Shown here: piece after piece, positions 8,194 through 18,634 of the stretch
Position numbering within the stretch: the first letter of the stretch is position 1
Layout of the letters: every line of letters begins with the position of its first letter
Source: Candidatus Poribacteria bacterium
Lineage (GTDB): Bacteria > Poribacteria > WGA-4E > WGA-3G
Direction of reading: 5' to 3'
DNA length: 64,000 nucleotides
Assembly: GCA_965205015.1 (NCBI GenBank)
Contig: OZ242029.1
Location: 2,496,001-2,560,000 of the forward strand
Made by a program: the position numbers and the translations under genes
The notes under the pieces: model-generated
What the model was told of the DNA's origin: nothing
Databases searched by the model: none
Seen by the model: only the letters and a program-made list of their open reading frames with translations

Positions 8194-9561
8194 ATGAACA
8201 TCGTCTTTCTATTTTCAGATGAACACGCCGGTGCTGTGATGGGGAATAGCGGACATCCGGTTGTCCGAACCCCTCACCTTGACCGTCTCGCCGAACAGAG
8301 TTACACCTTCGACAACGCTTATTGCAATTATCCAATCTGTACGCCTTCACGCCTATCAATGCTCACCGGACGGTATCCACATCAAATTGGGGCGTGGGAT
8401 TTGGGCGTAATTGCAGATCGGCAATACCCGATGTGGGGGGATTACTTGACAGAGGCGGGTTATGAGACTGTGCTGTGCGGACGGACGCATTTCAACGGCA
8501 CTGATCGGTTGCTCGGTTTCTCCCATCGTTTGCTGGACGATTTGCCGCGATGGTGTAACAGAAATGGAAGACCGCCACGGCGCACACCGGATGCCCGTCG
8601 AGGTTCCAACTCACACGTTGCCGAATGCGGACCGGGAGACCACGAACACACAAGATATGACAGAAACGTCGCGGACTTGGCGATCGATTTCCTCCGCGAA
8701 AAATCGGCTTCACCCGATGGTAATCCGTTCCTGCTGTACTGCGGATTCATGCATCCGCACTTTCCACTGATCGCACCGCCCGAATTCTTCTCACAGTATG
8801 ACCCGGACACACTCGAATTACCTGCTACATGGAACGAACCGCTCGAATCTCAACATCCGATAATTCAACGCCACCGTTGGGCATGGCGGAACGACATCCC
8901 ACCGCCTGAGGCTGTTGTGCGCTGTGCGTTAGCGTGCTACTATGCTCTTGTTTCGTCCCTTGATGCCCAGATTGGACGGATACTGGAGGCAATTGACACA
9001 TCGCCGTTACGCGAGGATACGGTTGTCATCTATACCAGCGATCACGGTGAAATGGCGGGACACCACGGCATCTGGCAGAAGCAGTGTTTCTACGAACCGG
9101 CGGTAAGAGTACCGTTGATGCTGCACCTACCTTCAGGCGAAAGCGGTCGCGTCGCCCAAAATGTCTCTTTGGTAGATGTATTGCCAACTTTGTTGGAGGT
9201 CGCTGGTTTGGAGGCACCTTCTGACCTACCAGGCGACAGTCTGCTGGGGATAGCGCGACACGAAGCGAACGAGACAACGCGTGCCGTCCTTTCGGAGTAT
9301 CATCACATGGGTATGCTTAACGCTGGTTTCATGCTCAAGCGTGGAAATTACAAATTGTGTCATTACGTCGGAAGCGAACCGCAGTTGTTCAATGTGGGTA
9401 TTGACCCGTTGGAGAATGATGACGTGGCATTGAAGCCTGAATATGCGGCGATACGTAATGAACTGGAAATCGCCTTGCGGACGGTTGTCAATCCAGAGCG
9501 AGAAGATGCCCGGGCAAAGGAGAACCAAAGGGTGCGTAGCTTGAAAGGTGGAGATACCTAA
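8194..9561 (+). CDS. Sulfatase (choline-sulfatase-like)
   Basis: NIVFLFSDEH, CTPSRLSMLTG, HPHFP, SDHGEMAG. Confidence 0.92.
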   Translation: MNIVFLFSDEHAGAVMGNSGHPVVRTPHLDRLAEQSYTFDNAYCNYPICTPSRLSMLTGRYPHQIGAWDLGVIADRQYPMWGDYLTEAGYETVLCGRTHFNGTDRLLGFSHRLLDDLPRWCNRNGRPPRRTPDARRGSNSHVAECGPGDHEHTRYDRNVADLAIDFLREKSASPDGNPFLLYCGFMHPHFPLIAPPEFFSQYDPDTLELPATWNEPLESQHPIIQRHRWAWRNDIPPPEAVVRCALACYYALVSSLDAQIGRILEAIDTSPLREDTVVIYTSDHGEMAGHHGIWQKQCFYEPAVRVPLMLHLPSGESGRVAQNVSLVDVLPTLLEVAGLEAPSDLPGDSLLGIARHEANETTRAVLSEYHHMGMLNAGFMLKRGNYKLCHYVGSEPQLFNVGIDPLENDDVALKPEYAAIRNELEIALRTVVNPEREDARAKENQRVRSLKGGDT

Positions 9562-9564
9562 CTG

Positions 9565-10626
9565 TTAAACTTCTCCATCCCAATAACTCAGGCTTGGGTC
9601 TTTACGATAAATTTTTCCGACGACATAGGGGAGGACCTTATTAGAATCCGGGTATTCACTCACGTCGTGCGGTGTGGTCGTTCCGAGGATGAATAGGGTG
9701 ACTGGCGCATCGCTGCTATTTACAAACTTATGTGCGCCGATGGTTCCGGGTGGAAACGCAAGGAAATCGCCCTCATTGACTTCTACATCACCTCGAGGGG
9801 TCTTGAGCGTGCAGGTGCCCTCCATGACATAGCACATCTCCTCCCCGAAATTGTGGAAATGCATCGGGAAACTCATCTTACCCGGTTGCAGCCGAATCAC
9901 GCGATAGCCTAAATTCTTACCACCGATGAGCGGGTCGATATCTTTATCCTCGAAGTCGTAAGGGTGTGGGGCATTTTTATACTGCCACGCGATTTCATCG
10001 ATATGAATGCGGTTGATGTAGATGTCGCGCCGTTCTTGCAAGCAATCAATAAGGTATTGACGGGCATCTTTAAAGATAGAGTGACCGTCCCCGACAAGGA
10101 TTGTATTGAATCGGAGTGCCAAGATTTTGCGCAGTTCAAGTGCGGCTTTCGGTGGATCGCTCAGTTTACTGTCGGCGATCAGCGTCAGTGCGCCCATCGG
10201 TTCACCGACCACGAGATCTCCGAACAGAACGGTCTGTTTCTCTGGGAAATAGAGTGCGATTTCGCCTGGACTCTTTCCGTGCCTGAGATGAATAGCGTGT
10301 AAACCCGGGACAATTGCCTCACGGTCCTGAAGCGTTCGCGTCGGTGTGATGTTCAGCGCGTCTGCATCGGCTTCATGTACAATCACGTCGGCACCTGTCC
10401 ATTCCTGAAAGGCAGCGACTTCTCGTTCATGATCGGCATTGGTCAGAACGATTAGCTTTGCGCCACCGAGTGCTTGCAGGTGTTCTCGATCGTCGTCGGA
10501 CATTGGAACCGGATCTATGAGAATATTTCCGTCCGGACGCACCCACAGATGTCCATTAAAGTCTATCTGTCGGTCTTGACTAAAGACCGTCCAACTGTAT
10601 ATATCTTCAAAAATCAAGCGTTTCAT
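9565..10626 (-). CDS. Metallo-beta-lactamase-fold / cupin fusion protein
   Basis: N-half NILIDP, LTNADHER, GKSPGE, ILVGDG; C-half cupin HFHNFGEEMCYVMEG...AHKFVN...YPDSNK. Confidence 0.8.
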   Translation of the reverse strand: MKRLIFEDIYSWTVFSQDRQIDFNGHLWVRPDGNILIDPVPMSDDDREHLQALGGAKLIVLTNADHEREVAAFQEWTGADVIVHEADADALNITPTRTLQDREAIVPGLHAIHLRHGKSPGEIALYFPEKQTVLFGDLVVGEPMGALTLIADSKLSDPPKAALELRKILALRFNTILVGDGHSIFKDARQYLIDCLQERRDIYINRIHIDEIAWQYKNAPHPYDFEDKDIDPLIGGKNLGYRVIRLQPGKMSFPMHFHNFGEEMCYVMEGTCTLKTPRGDVEVNEGDFLAFPPGTIGAHKFVNSSDAPVTLFILGTTTPHDVSEYPDSNKVLPYVVGKIYRKDPSLSYWDGEV

Positions 10627-11156
10627 TGCTGTTTTTCCTTTGAAACGAGTCCGTAAACCTCCAGTTCATGTATGAAGGCTCTGCCTAACTTTATTTGGGG
10701 TACGATTGCGCCACGTCTTGGATCATACCGACTGGCTTGTTTTTCGTCATCGGTGGTGCCGCTGATGTAGATACGGATTGCTTCCGTCACGACACCGCTG
10801 ACGCGCATTTTAATAATTGGACTCTCGTTGTTCTGGATCTGCATAACTGCGCGCCAACGTCCGTCACCTTCCAATTTCTCGTATATCATAGCATTTATAA
10901 TATTAGTCCCATTGATGGTGATCCGGTGAATCGCCTTTTGCGTTGGTAGGTTTAGATGGATCCACCGTCCATCGGCGTAGCCTCTCGTGTTCACATCGCC
11001 GTCTATCATTTCTGGTGAGGTGCAGGTGACGCCTTCTGTGACGGCGTAGTTGTAAAGTTCCTGCGGTTCGATCAGCATCTGCAGTGCCTTGGATTGGCAT
11101 CCTGAAAAGAGTATTATTACACAGAACACTGTGGAAATAGAAAGGTAACGTTGCAT
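10623..11156 (-). CDS. Lipoprotein, possibly discoidin/galactose-binding-like fold
   Basis: Lipobox-like LFSGC; MIDGD..T, IHRITI, EAIRIYI, IHELEVYG pattern. Confidence 0.6.
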   Translation of the reverse strand: MQRYLSISTVFCVIILFSGCQSKALQMLIEPQELYNYAVTEGVTCTSPEMIDGDVNTRGYADGRWIHLNLPTQKAIHRITINGTNIINAMIYEKLEGDGRWRAVMQIQNNESPIIKMRVSGVVTEAIRIYISGTTDDEKQASRYDPRRGAIVPQIKLGRAFIHELEVYGLVSKEKQQ

Positions 11157-11307
11157 CTTTTCCTCCTACGCTATGGCTCCGCTTTTCAAAATATTATACC
11201 ACATTCTCACTTTTCTTTACAGGGGAATTTTGTGAAAATCGTTGCTTTAAAATAGCACTCGACCTATAATGCAGTATCTGGATTGATAAGTAAAAGGAGA
11301 TAACGCA

Positions 11308-12345
11308 ATGTATAAAAGTGCGATTTTAGGATGCCGAGGACGTGCCCGTGGGCACGCACGCGCATATCAACACGTCAAGGGTGGTAAACTTGCCGCTATT
11401 TGCGACATGCAGGAAGATCTGCTCAACGATTTTGGCGATGAGTTCGGTATTGAGGCTCGGTATACCGATCTCGATGAGATGCTGTCAAAGGAGAAGCCGG
11501 ATCTCCTACACATTGTTACTGCACCCGTGCTGCGCGGGAGTAACGAACGCATCCGCTACCCCCTGATGAGCCAAGCCTCTGAACACGGGGTTCCTGCCGC
11601 GATTGTCGAGAAACCGATCGCTGTTGAGAGCGAAGACTGGCGGCAGATTTCCGAGCTTGCCCAACGCACTAAAACCAAGTTTGTCGTCAATACACAACTC
11701 AATTTCCATCCGCAGAATCTTGCCCTTAAACGTGATGTCGCAGAAGGCAAAATCGGTGCGATTAAATTTATTGAGGCAAGCGCCCGTAACCCACCTGTTG
11801 ACCAAGCACCGCATGTCCTACAACTCGTGTCCTCCTATATTGACAACTCGCGGCCCGTGAAGGTCCAAGGACAAATCTCCGGTGCGGGACAACTCGATTC
11901 AGCACAACCTTCGCCTGCCAACGCTACAGCACTCGTGACCTACGCAAACGGCGTGCAAACCTCAGTTGCGTTCGGACCAGAGATGGCACCACGCGTACTG
12001 CCGGATACAGGTAACAACCGGCATAAGCGCGTCTGCGTGTTCGGTGAACAAGGATTTGTCCACTGGCGGTTCGAGAGTTGGGAACGCAATCTACCCGGAA
12101 GTGGGTATGAAGGCGGTGATCTCAACTACGGGGCACAGGATGTCATTGCCCAAGGCGGACTCACAGACGCAGTGTTTGAATGGCTCGATGATGAAAGCAA
12201 AGTGCATCCGACGCATTTGAAGCAATCCCTTGCGGAATTCAACCTGTTGTTGGGAATCTACTATAGTGGTTTGACGAACACCGTCGTCGAATTGCCGTTT
12301 GATCCACCTGATGGCATGATTGACATGTTCCGTGAACGGCTTTAA
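11308..12345 (+). CDS. Gfo/Idh/MocA family oxidoreductase
   Basis: AILGCRGRARGH, AAICD, EKPDLLHIVT, IVEKPIA. Confidence 0.9.
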   Translation: MYKSAILGCRGRARGHARAYQHVKGGKLAAICDMQEDLLNDFGDEFGIEARYTDLDEMLSKEKPDLLHIVTAPVLRGSNERIRYPLMSQASEHGVPAAIVEKPIAVESEDWRQISELAQRTKTKFVVNTQLNFHPQNLALKRDVAEGKIGAIKFIEASARNPPVDQAPHVLQLVSSYIDNSRPVKVQGQISGAGQLDSAQPSPANATALVTYANGVQTSVAFGPEMAPRVLPDTGNNRHKRVCVFGEQGFVHWRFESWERNLPGSGYEGGDLNYGAQDVIAQGGLTDAVFEWLDDESKVHPTHLKQSLAEFNLLLGIYYSGLTNTVVELPFDPPDGMIDMFRERL

Positions 12346-12362
12346 ATTTCCGATTTTCCGCG

Positions 12363-12385
12363 CTGGCGAGGTTTCTAACCTCGCC
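12363..12385. repeat. REP-like hairpin (empty form of nested repeat)
   Basis: CTGGCGAGGTTTCTAACCTCGCC; the same arms flank insertions at 49978-50211 and 58122-58270. Confidence 0.8.
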
Positions 12386-12425
12386 TATTTCATCCAATTA
12401 AAGGCACCCTAAAAGGAACACCCTC

Positions 12426-13580
12426 ATGAACGATACCATCTATATGGATAACCATGCCACAACGCCAATTGCCCCTGAAGTTTTAGCGGCGATGATGCCG
12501 TATCTCACCACAGATTTTGGCAACGCTTCCAGCGCGCATCCGTTCGGTGTTACGGCGAAGAATGCTGTGGAAAAAGCGCGCCACCAAGTCGCTGAACTGC
12601 TCGGTTGTTCAGGAGAGGAGATTGTCTTTACCAGCGGTGCCACCGAATCGGACAACCTTGCTGTTAGGGGGATCGCCTACGCCTGTCGGGAGAGGGGAAA
12701 CCATATCATCACAAGCACGGCGGAGCATCACGCAATCCTTGATACATGCCACGCCTTAGCGACAGAGGGATTTGAAACCACGTATCTTCCGGTAGACAAA
12801 TATGGGAGGGTGAGTCCTGACGATGTGGCGGCTGCCATTACGCCGAAGACGGTTTTGATGAGTTTCATGTATGCCAACAATGAGGTAGGCACGATAAACC
12901 CGATCGCCGATATTGCCGCTGTCGCTGCCAAACACGGCGTGCTTTTCCATTCGGATGCGGTGCAAGGTATAGGACAGTTGCCATCGGATATGGAGAGACT
13001 CGGTATAGCTCTTGCATCTCTGACGGCACACAAGATTTATGGACCCAAGGGGACCGGCGCGCTTTACATCCGTCGAAAGGGTCCCCGACCGGATTCGCTT
13101 TTCCACGGCGGTGGGCAGGAAGACGGGGTTCGACCCGGCACTTTAAACGTCGCGGGGATTGTCGGCTTAGGGGCAGCGTGTCAACTTGCTAAAAACTATA
13201 TGGAAACGGGAAAAAATTGCGTGTCGATCTTGCGGAACTCACTCCATCTGAAGTTAAGCGCGCGATTGGAGGACATTCATCTCAACGGGCACCCGGAACA
13301 GCGGCTACCGGGCAATTTGAATCTCTGCTTTGCGGGGGTGCAGAGTCATGCCCTACTGATGGGGCTTAAGCGCGTTGCTGTCTCAACTGGATCGGCATGT
13401 GATTCTGAATCGGTGAAGGCATCACACGTTTTGGTTGCAATGGGGGTTCCGAATGAACTGGCGTTGACGGCTATCCGTTTCGGCTTGGGACGCTACAACA
13501 CCGCGGCGGAGGTCGAGGTTGTCGCCGATGAGGTCGTAAAGATCGTTCGTCGGTTGCGTGAGTTGGCACCCGAACGGTGA
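12426..13580 (+). CDS. iscS: Cysteine desulfurase (IscS/NifS class)
   Basis: IYMDNHATTP, FTSGATES, ANNEVG, HSDAVQ, TAHKIYGPKG, STGSAC. Confidence 0.9.
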   Translation: MNDTIYMDNHATTPIAPEVLAAMMPYLTTDFGNASSAHPFGVTAKNAVEKARHQVAELLGCSGEEIVFTSGATESDNLAVRGIAYACRERGNHIITSTAEHHAILDTCHALATEGFETTYLPVDKYGRVSPDDVAAAITPKTVLMSFMYANNEVGTINPIADIAAVAAKHGVLFHSDAVQGIGQLPSDMERLGIALASLTAHKIYGPKGTGALYIRRKGPRPDSLFHGGGQEDGVRPGTLNVAGIVGLGAACQLAKNYMETGKNCVSILRNSLHLKLSARLEDIHLNGHPEQRLPGNLNLCFAGVQSHALLMGLKRVAVSTGSACDSESVKASHVLVAMGVPNELALTAIRFGLGRYNTAAEVEVVADEVVKIVRRLRELAPER

Positions 13581-13782
13581 GATCCTAAGTCCCTTGTCCC
13601 GCTTGTGGGTGATTTTTGGCTGTGTGCTTGGCAATCAACTCACGCACGGCATTTGTGTGCTTTTATCCCATGTTGTGTCAAAAACTTTACACACCCATTC
13701 AATTGCAAGCTGTTGCAATTTTCCCCGATAATATGCTATACTTTTATCGTCAAGTTAACACCTATCACAGCAGGAGACACGC

Positions 13783-14391
13783 ATGTCATCTATTGCAGCC
13801 CGAACCTACTTAACTCCTGAAGAATACATTGCTGCCGAACGCAAGGCAACGTTCAAAAGCGAATATCTGAGCGGCGAGATCGTCGCGATGTCTGGTGCCA
13901 GTCTCGCGCATAACCTTATCACAGTGAACACCGTAACTCAACTCTATAATCAACTCACAGAAGGCGGATGTAGAGTGTTCACAGGCGATATGCGCGTCGG
14001 CATTGGTGCGGGTGTCTCCTACTTCTATCCAGATGTCACCGTTGTCTGTGATGAACCCCGTTTTGAGGACGATGCTTTCGATACACTCATCAATCCCCAA
14101 GTCGTTATTGAAGTGCTTTCTGATTCAACTGCAAACTATGACCGAGGTGAGAAATTCATACGCTATCGACAATTAGAATCACTCCAAGAATACATCCTGA
14201 TTTCACAGGATCAGGTTCATGTTGAGCACTATCTCCGTCAAGGGAAACAATGGGTACTCAGCGAATTTAGCGCACTTGAGAACGTGTTACCACTTACTTC
14301 AATTGAGGCAGAACTTCCCTTACGTCAGATTTACAGATTTGTTGAATTTGAAACCGATGCCGCCGTTCAAACGACTGTAGGAGCTGGGTAA
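13783..14391 (+). CDS. Uma2 family (DUF820) endonuclease-fold protein
   Basis: TPEEYIAAER, SEYLSGEIVAMSGAS, YPDVTVVC, IEVLSDSTANYDRGEKF. Confidence 0.92.
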   Translation: MSSIAARTYLTPEEYIAAERKATFKSEYLSGEIVAMSGASLAHNLITVNTVTQLYNQLTEGGCRVFTGDMRVGIGAGVSYFYPDVTVVCDEPRFEDDAFDTLINPQVVIEVLSDSTANYDRGEKFIRYRQLESLQEYILISQDQVHVEHYLRQGKQWVLSEFSALENVLPLTSIEAELPLRQIYRFVEFETDAAVQTTVGAG

Positions 14392-14403
14392 CCCAGCCCC
14401 TAC
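14377..14403. repeat. GTAG-type REP-like hairpin overlapping the Uma2 stop codon
   Basis: GTAGGAGCTGGGTAACCCAGCCCCTAC. Confidence 0.7.
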
Positions 14404-14421
14404 AAAGAGGAAATCCGTCTC

Positions 14422-16446
14422 ATGCTGACTGTTGAACAACTCATCGCTTGTGGATTGGAAAAAGCAGAAGCATCGAAAATAACCGAAGTCGTCAATCGGA
14501 TATTGAAGGCGCAATCGCCGATTGCCTGTTGGTCCGACATTTCACGCCACAGTCTCACACCACACCACCCGTTCGCACTCCACCAATTGCTTTATGAGAC
14601 GGTATATGCCGATTTTGATAGCGCAACGCACGGGCCACCGCCTGCTTGGTTCCCTACGGACAAAGACATCACCGAAGCAAATATCACCCGTCTAATGGTG
14701 GCTTTAAACCTGAAAACCTACCGTGAACTCCACGCTTGGACGGTGCGGAATCGGGACACGTTTTGGCAGATGATGATCGATGCGTTGGGCATTAAAACGG
14801 TATCTACAAACACCGAGGCACAGCGAGACGCAACAGGAATCGCAACACCCTTTCATGCGCTCAACATCGTCGAGAGCTGCTTCAACACGCCTCCGGAGGC
14901 TATTGCGATTGTTACGCAACGAGAAAACGATGAAGGTCTCACAACATTCACCTATCACGAACTGGAGTTCCTCACCAATCGGGTCGCGAATGGACTTGTC
15001 GAAATCGGTATGAAGCCAGGCGACGCAGTCGCAGTTGATATGCCGATGAACGCTGAATCCGTCGCTATCTATCTGGGGATTGTCAAAGCGGGGTGTGTTG
15101 TTGTTGGGATCGCCGATAGTTTTGCGCCGGACGAGATAGCCACCCGTCTTCGCATCGGTAATGCCAAAGCAATCTTCACACAGGATTACATCAACAGGGC
15201 AGGTAAACGTCTTCCGTTGTATGAGAAAGTGATCGTCGCGAATGCTCCGAAAGCCATTGTTTCTTCATACAAGGGTCGGGACAGCGTCGCACGGATCCAA
15301 CGCGAAAGTGATATGACATGGGATAGTTTCCTGAGTGATACAGATGCCTTTACCGCCGTTCCGTGCCCTCCGGATGCCCATACCAATATCCTCTTTTCCT
15401 CTGGGACCACTGGTGAACCGAAGGCGATCCCTTGGACACATACCACCCCGATCAAATGTGCAGCGGATGCCTACCTACACCACGACATTCATCCCGGCGA
15501 TGTGCTTGCGTGGCCGACGAACCTCGGTTGGATGATGGGACCGTGGCTCATCTACGCCAGCCTCATCAACAAAGCCACTATTGCCCTATATGATGGCGTT
15601 CCGACAGGACGCGACTTCGGGGTCTTTGTCCAGAACGCCAAGGTCAGCATGCTTGGTGTCGTTCCTACCCTCGTTCGCGCGTGGAAAAATACGGAATGTA
15701 TGCACGGGGTCGACTGGCAGGCAATCCGAGCCTTCAGTTCAACGGGTGAATGTTCTAACCCAGAAGAAATGCTTTATCTGATGTCTTTGGCGGGTTATAA
15801 ACCGGTGATAGAGTATTGCGGCGGCACCGAGATCGGAGGCGGATATGTCACCGGCACGCGGGTGCAACCTGCTGTCCCTTCGACCTTTACAACGCCGGCA
15901 CTCGGTTTAGATTTCCTACTTTATGATGATGGAATTCCCTCTGATAACGGCGAAGTTTTCATCGTCCCACCCTCCCTTGGGCTCTCTACGAGCCTGCTCA
16001 ATGCCGATCACAATGAAGTCTACTTTGCCGGGACACCGCGTCCTGATCTGCGCCGGCACGGCGATGCGCTTGAACGGTTCGCGGAAGGTTATTACCGCAT
16101 TCACGGGCGCGTTGATGATACGATGAACCTCAGTGGGATCAAGGTGAGTTCCGCAGAGATAGAGGAGGTGCTTAATGTCGTTAGCGGGGTCCAAGAGACA
16201 GCAGCGGTTGCGGTTTCACCGAAAGATGGCGGTCCCAGCCAACTCGTCATTTACGCCGTACTGGCAGCATCGGCGTCCGAACCGACAAAGCAGGAGATTC
16301 ACGAGGCATTGCAAACTGCGCTTTCCGGGCATCTCAATCCACTGTTCAGAATTCACGATGTCGTCATCGTGGATGCGCTGCCACGAACCGCGTCTAATAA
16401 AATTATGCGCCGCATTTTACGCACCGGAAATTTCACTAAAAATTGA
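14422..16446 (+). CDS. AMP-dependent acyl-CoA synthetase (acetyl-CoA synthetase-like)
   Basis: ILFSSGTTGEPK, STGE, YCGGTEIGG, GRVDD, LPRTASNKIMRR. Confidence 0.92.
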   Translation: MLTVEQLIACGLEKAEASKITEVVNRILKAQSPIACWSDISRHSLTPHHPFALHQLLYETVYADFDSATHGPPPAWFPTDKDITEANITRLMVALNLKTYRELHAWTVRNRDTFWQMMIDALGIKTVSTNTEAQRDATGIATPFHALNIVESCFNTPPEAIAIVTQRENDEGLTTFTYHELEFLTNRVANGLVEIGMKPGDAVAVDMPMNAESVAIYLGIVKAGCVVVGIADSFAPDEIATRLRIGNAKAIFTQDYINRAGKRLPLYEKVIVANAPKAIVSSYKGRDSVARIQRESDMTWDSFLSDTDAFTAVPCPPDAHTNILFSSGTTGEPKAIPWTHTTPIKCAADAYLHHDIHPGDVLAWPTNLGWMMGPWLIYASLINKATIALYDGVPTGRDFGVFVQNAKVSMLGVVPTLVRAWKNTECMHGVDWQAIRAFSSTGECSNPEEMLYLMSLAGYKPVIEYCGGTEIGGGYVTGTRVQPAVPSTFTTPALGLDFLLYDDGIPSDNGEVFIVPPSLGLSTSLLNADHNEVYFAGTPRPDLRRHGDALERFAEGYYRIHGRVDDTMNLSGIKVSSAEIEEVLNVVSGVQETAAVAVSPKDGGPSQLVIYAVLAASASEPTKQEIHEALQTALSGHLNPLFRIHDVVIVDALPRTASNKIMRRILRTGNFTKN

Positions 16447-16471
16447 CATCTGTCGTTTTTTTAGGTATACT
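16443..16471 (+). promoter_or_regulatory. Near-consensus sigma70 promoter of second Uma2 gene
   Basis: TTGACA-17 nt-TATACT. Confidence 0.7.
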
Positions 16472-16537
16472 TAACAAATACCCGAGTGACGGGTGCTTAT
16501 TTTTTCAATCACCCTTTGTGGAAAAGGAGATGTTCTC

Positions 16538-17293
16538 ATGGAAACGCATCCAAATTCACGCCACATCCCTTACGCTCCCACAGAAACTGCTGATCTATAC
16601 CCTGAATCGGATGGAAAACCTATGGCTGAGACGGATATGCACGCGGTGGCTATCATCGATTTACGGCACCGTTTTGACAACTTCTTCGCGGATAATCTGG
16701 ATACTTATGTCTCCGGGACTATCATGATGTATGATGTAGAGGGTCCCGGCCGTACCGCTGTCTCGCCCGATATCCTCGTCTCTTTCGGCATAGGTAAGAA
16801 ACTCCGCCGCACTTATAAGGTGTGGGAAGAGGGGAAGCCGCCAGACTTCGTGATGGAGTTTTCAAGCAAAGGGACGTTTCAAAATGACTTAGGACATAAA
16901 AAGGCACATTACGCGTCAATGGGAATACCGGAGTATTTTCTCTGCGATATAGACAAACGCTATTTGCCCACGCCGCTGATGGGGTTTTGTCTCAAAGATG
17001 GGATTTATGAGCGGATACCGGAGAACACCGATGGCAGTATCTCCTCTGTGATATTAGGCGTATCGTTCCATCTGTCGGATGAGGGATTAGCCGTTTATGA
17101 TGAGGCGACGGGGCAGTGGCTGCAAACGCCTGCTGAAGCGGCAGAGCAGCGTGCAGAACAAGAAGCCGCCGCACGGGCGCGTGAAGCCGCCGCACGGGCG
17201 CGTGAAGCCGCCGCACGGGCGGAAGCGGAAGCAGAAGCCTCGCGTCTACGCGAAGAACTTGAGCGTCTCAAAGGGCGCTTGTCAGAGGACTAA
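16538..17293 (+). CDS. Uma2 family endonuclease with C-terminal coiled-coil repeats
   Basis: YPESDGKPMAET, SPDILV, KPPDFVMEFSS, IPEYFLCD; start ATG 16538 after GGAG. Confidence 0.9.
   Translation: METHPNSRHIPYAPTETADLYPESDGKPMAETDMHAVAIIDLRHRFDNFFADNLDTYVSGTIMMYDVEGPGRTAVSPDILVSFGIGKKLRRTYKVWEEGKPPDFVMEFSSKGTFQNDLGHKKAHYASMGIPEYFLCDIDKRYLPTPLMGFCLKDGIYERIPENTDGSISSVILGVSFHLSDEGLAVYDEATGQWLQTPAEAAEQRAEQEAAARAREAAARAREAAARAEAEAEASRLREELERLKGRLSED
17162..17221 (+). repeat. 21-bp in-frame tandem repeat (about 2.9 copies) encoding EAAARAR
   Basis: GAAGCCGCCGCACGGGCGCGT at 17162, 17183 and 17204 (last copy partial). Confidence 0.95.
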
Positions 17294-17362
17294 CGCTTGA
17301 TACGCGAAGTCCCAAAATTTCATGCTATTTTAGAAATTCACGCCAATAAATGGAGTTGCACC

Positions 17363-18580
17363 ATGCAAGAGAAACAGTTCAAAGTTAGAGCGGCGCATTG
17401 CGATTATCGCGCAACGGAGGAGGAGATTTATCAAACACTCCGCCGCATCACCGATCCGCTCACCCGTGCTTGGAAACCGATTGAGACCGCTAAGAAGGTG
17501 GTCATGAAGTTCAATATGATGAAACCGGCGGAACGCATTATCTATTTTGAGGGGCGCCGCCGAGAATTGGTAGACGATGCGGTCTGTCGTGCCGTGTTGC
17601 GATTAATCAAGGAACACACCACGGCGCAGTTGGTCGCTACCGACACGAATCCGTATACCCACGGACATCGAATGCCCCCCGGTTTCAACTATGAATACCT
17701 TCTGAAAGAATTCGATGTGCAGTTCGTCGATTCCAACTTGCCACCTTTCAAGGTCTACGATGTCCCGGATGGCGGTTCAATGTTCGATCGCTATACGCTG
17801 AGTGCGTGTTTCGACGATGCGGATGCTGTCGTTTCTGTGGCAAAGATGAAAAACCATGCTTTCATGGGTATCACCCTGTGCACCAAAAACCTGTTCGGGT
17901 TGCCGCCGATGCTCCTTCCGGAAGGCAGGACACGCAGTTATTACCATCATCTCATCCGACTCTCTTATGTGCTTCCCGACCTGGCACTCATCACGAAGCC
18001 GTGCCTTAATATTATTGATGCGTTGACGGGACAGTGGGGACGCGAATGGGGTGGCGAAGGTAGGATTTGTAACGCACTTATCGCTGGGGATCATCCGATC
18101 TCCACTGACACCGTTGGTATGCACCTGATGGGACACGATCCGCAGTCCGATTGGCCCACACCGCCCTTCAAGCGCGATCGGAACCATATCCTCATCGCGG
18201 CACAGCGTGGATACGGCACTGTCAACTTGGATGAGATCGATTGGGAGAGCGAAGTCAAGGCACCGTTGGCGGAGTTTGATTCTGTCGAAACGGATACGCC
18301 GGAGACGGTTGGCAACTGGCGGCGAACGACGTGTGAGCAAGGGTTGGTTTACCTCGAAAACCAGAAGGAACTCATTGACCGGTATCGCAACGAATTCATT
18401 TACATGCAAGGTGGCGAGGTTGTCTGGAGTGGACCGGATCCGTCAAATCTCGGCAGCCGTCGACAGTTGAGCGGTGAAAAGAAGGATAGCGCGCTTTGGC
18501 TGAAACTTGTTGATGCCGAGGAGCATGAAGGCGAACGTTTCAACGTCTATGCGGAGTGTCTAAAACCCTTTGCGGCGTAG
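17363..18580 (+). CDS. DUF362 domain protein
   Basis: KVVMKFN, VVSVAKMKNH, ITLCTKNLFGL, LNIIDAL, IAGDHPISTD. Confidence 0.8.
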   Translation: MQEKQFKVRAAHCDYRATEEEIYQTLRRITDPLTRAWKPIETAKKVVMKFNMMKPAERIIYFEGRRRELVDDAVCRAVLRLIKEHTTAQLVATDTNPYTHGHRMPPGFNYEYLLKEFDVQFVDSNLPPFKVYDVPDGGSMFDRYTLSACFDDADAVVSVAKMKNHAFMGITLCTKNLFGLPPMLLPEGRTRSYYHHLIRLSYVLPDLALITKPCLNIIDALTGQWGREWGGEGRICNALIAGDHPISTDTVGMHLMGHDPQSDWPTPPFKRDRNHILIAAQRGYGTVNLDEIDWESEVKAPLAEFDSVETDTPETVGNWRRTTCEQGLVYLENQKELIDRYRNEFIYMQGGEVVWSGPDPSNLGSRRQLSGEKKDSALWLKLVDAEEHEGERFNVYAECLKPFAA

Positions 18581-18634
18581 TTTCTATCATTTGATGGCGA
18601 GGTGAATGCCTCGCCTATTGAAGGAGAATACGAA

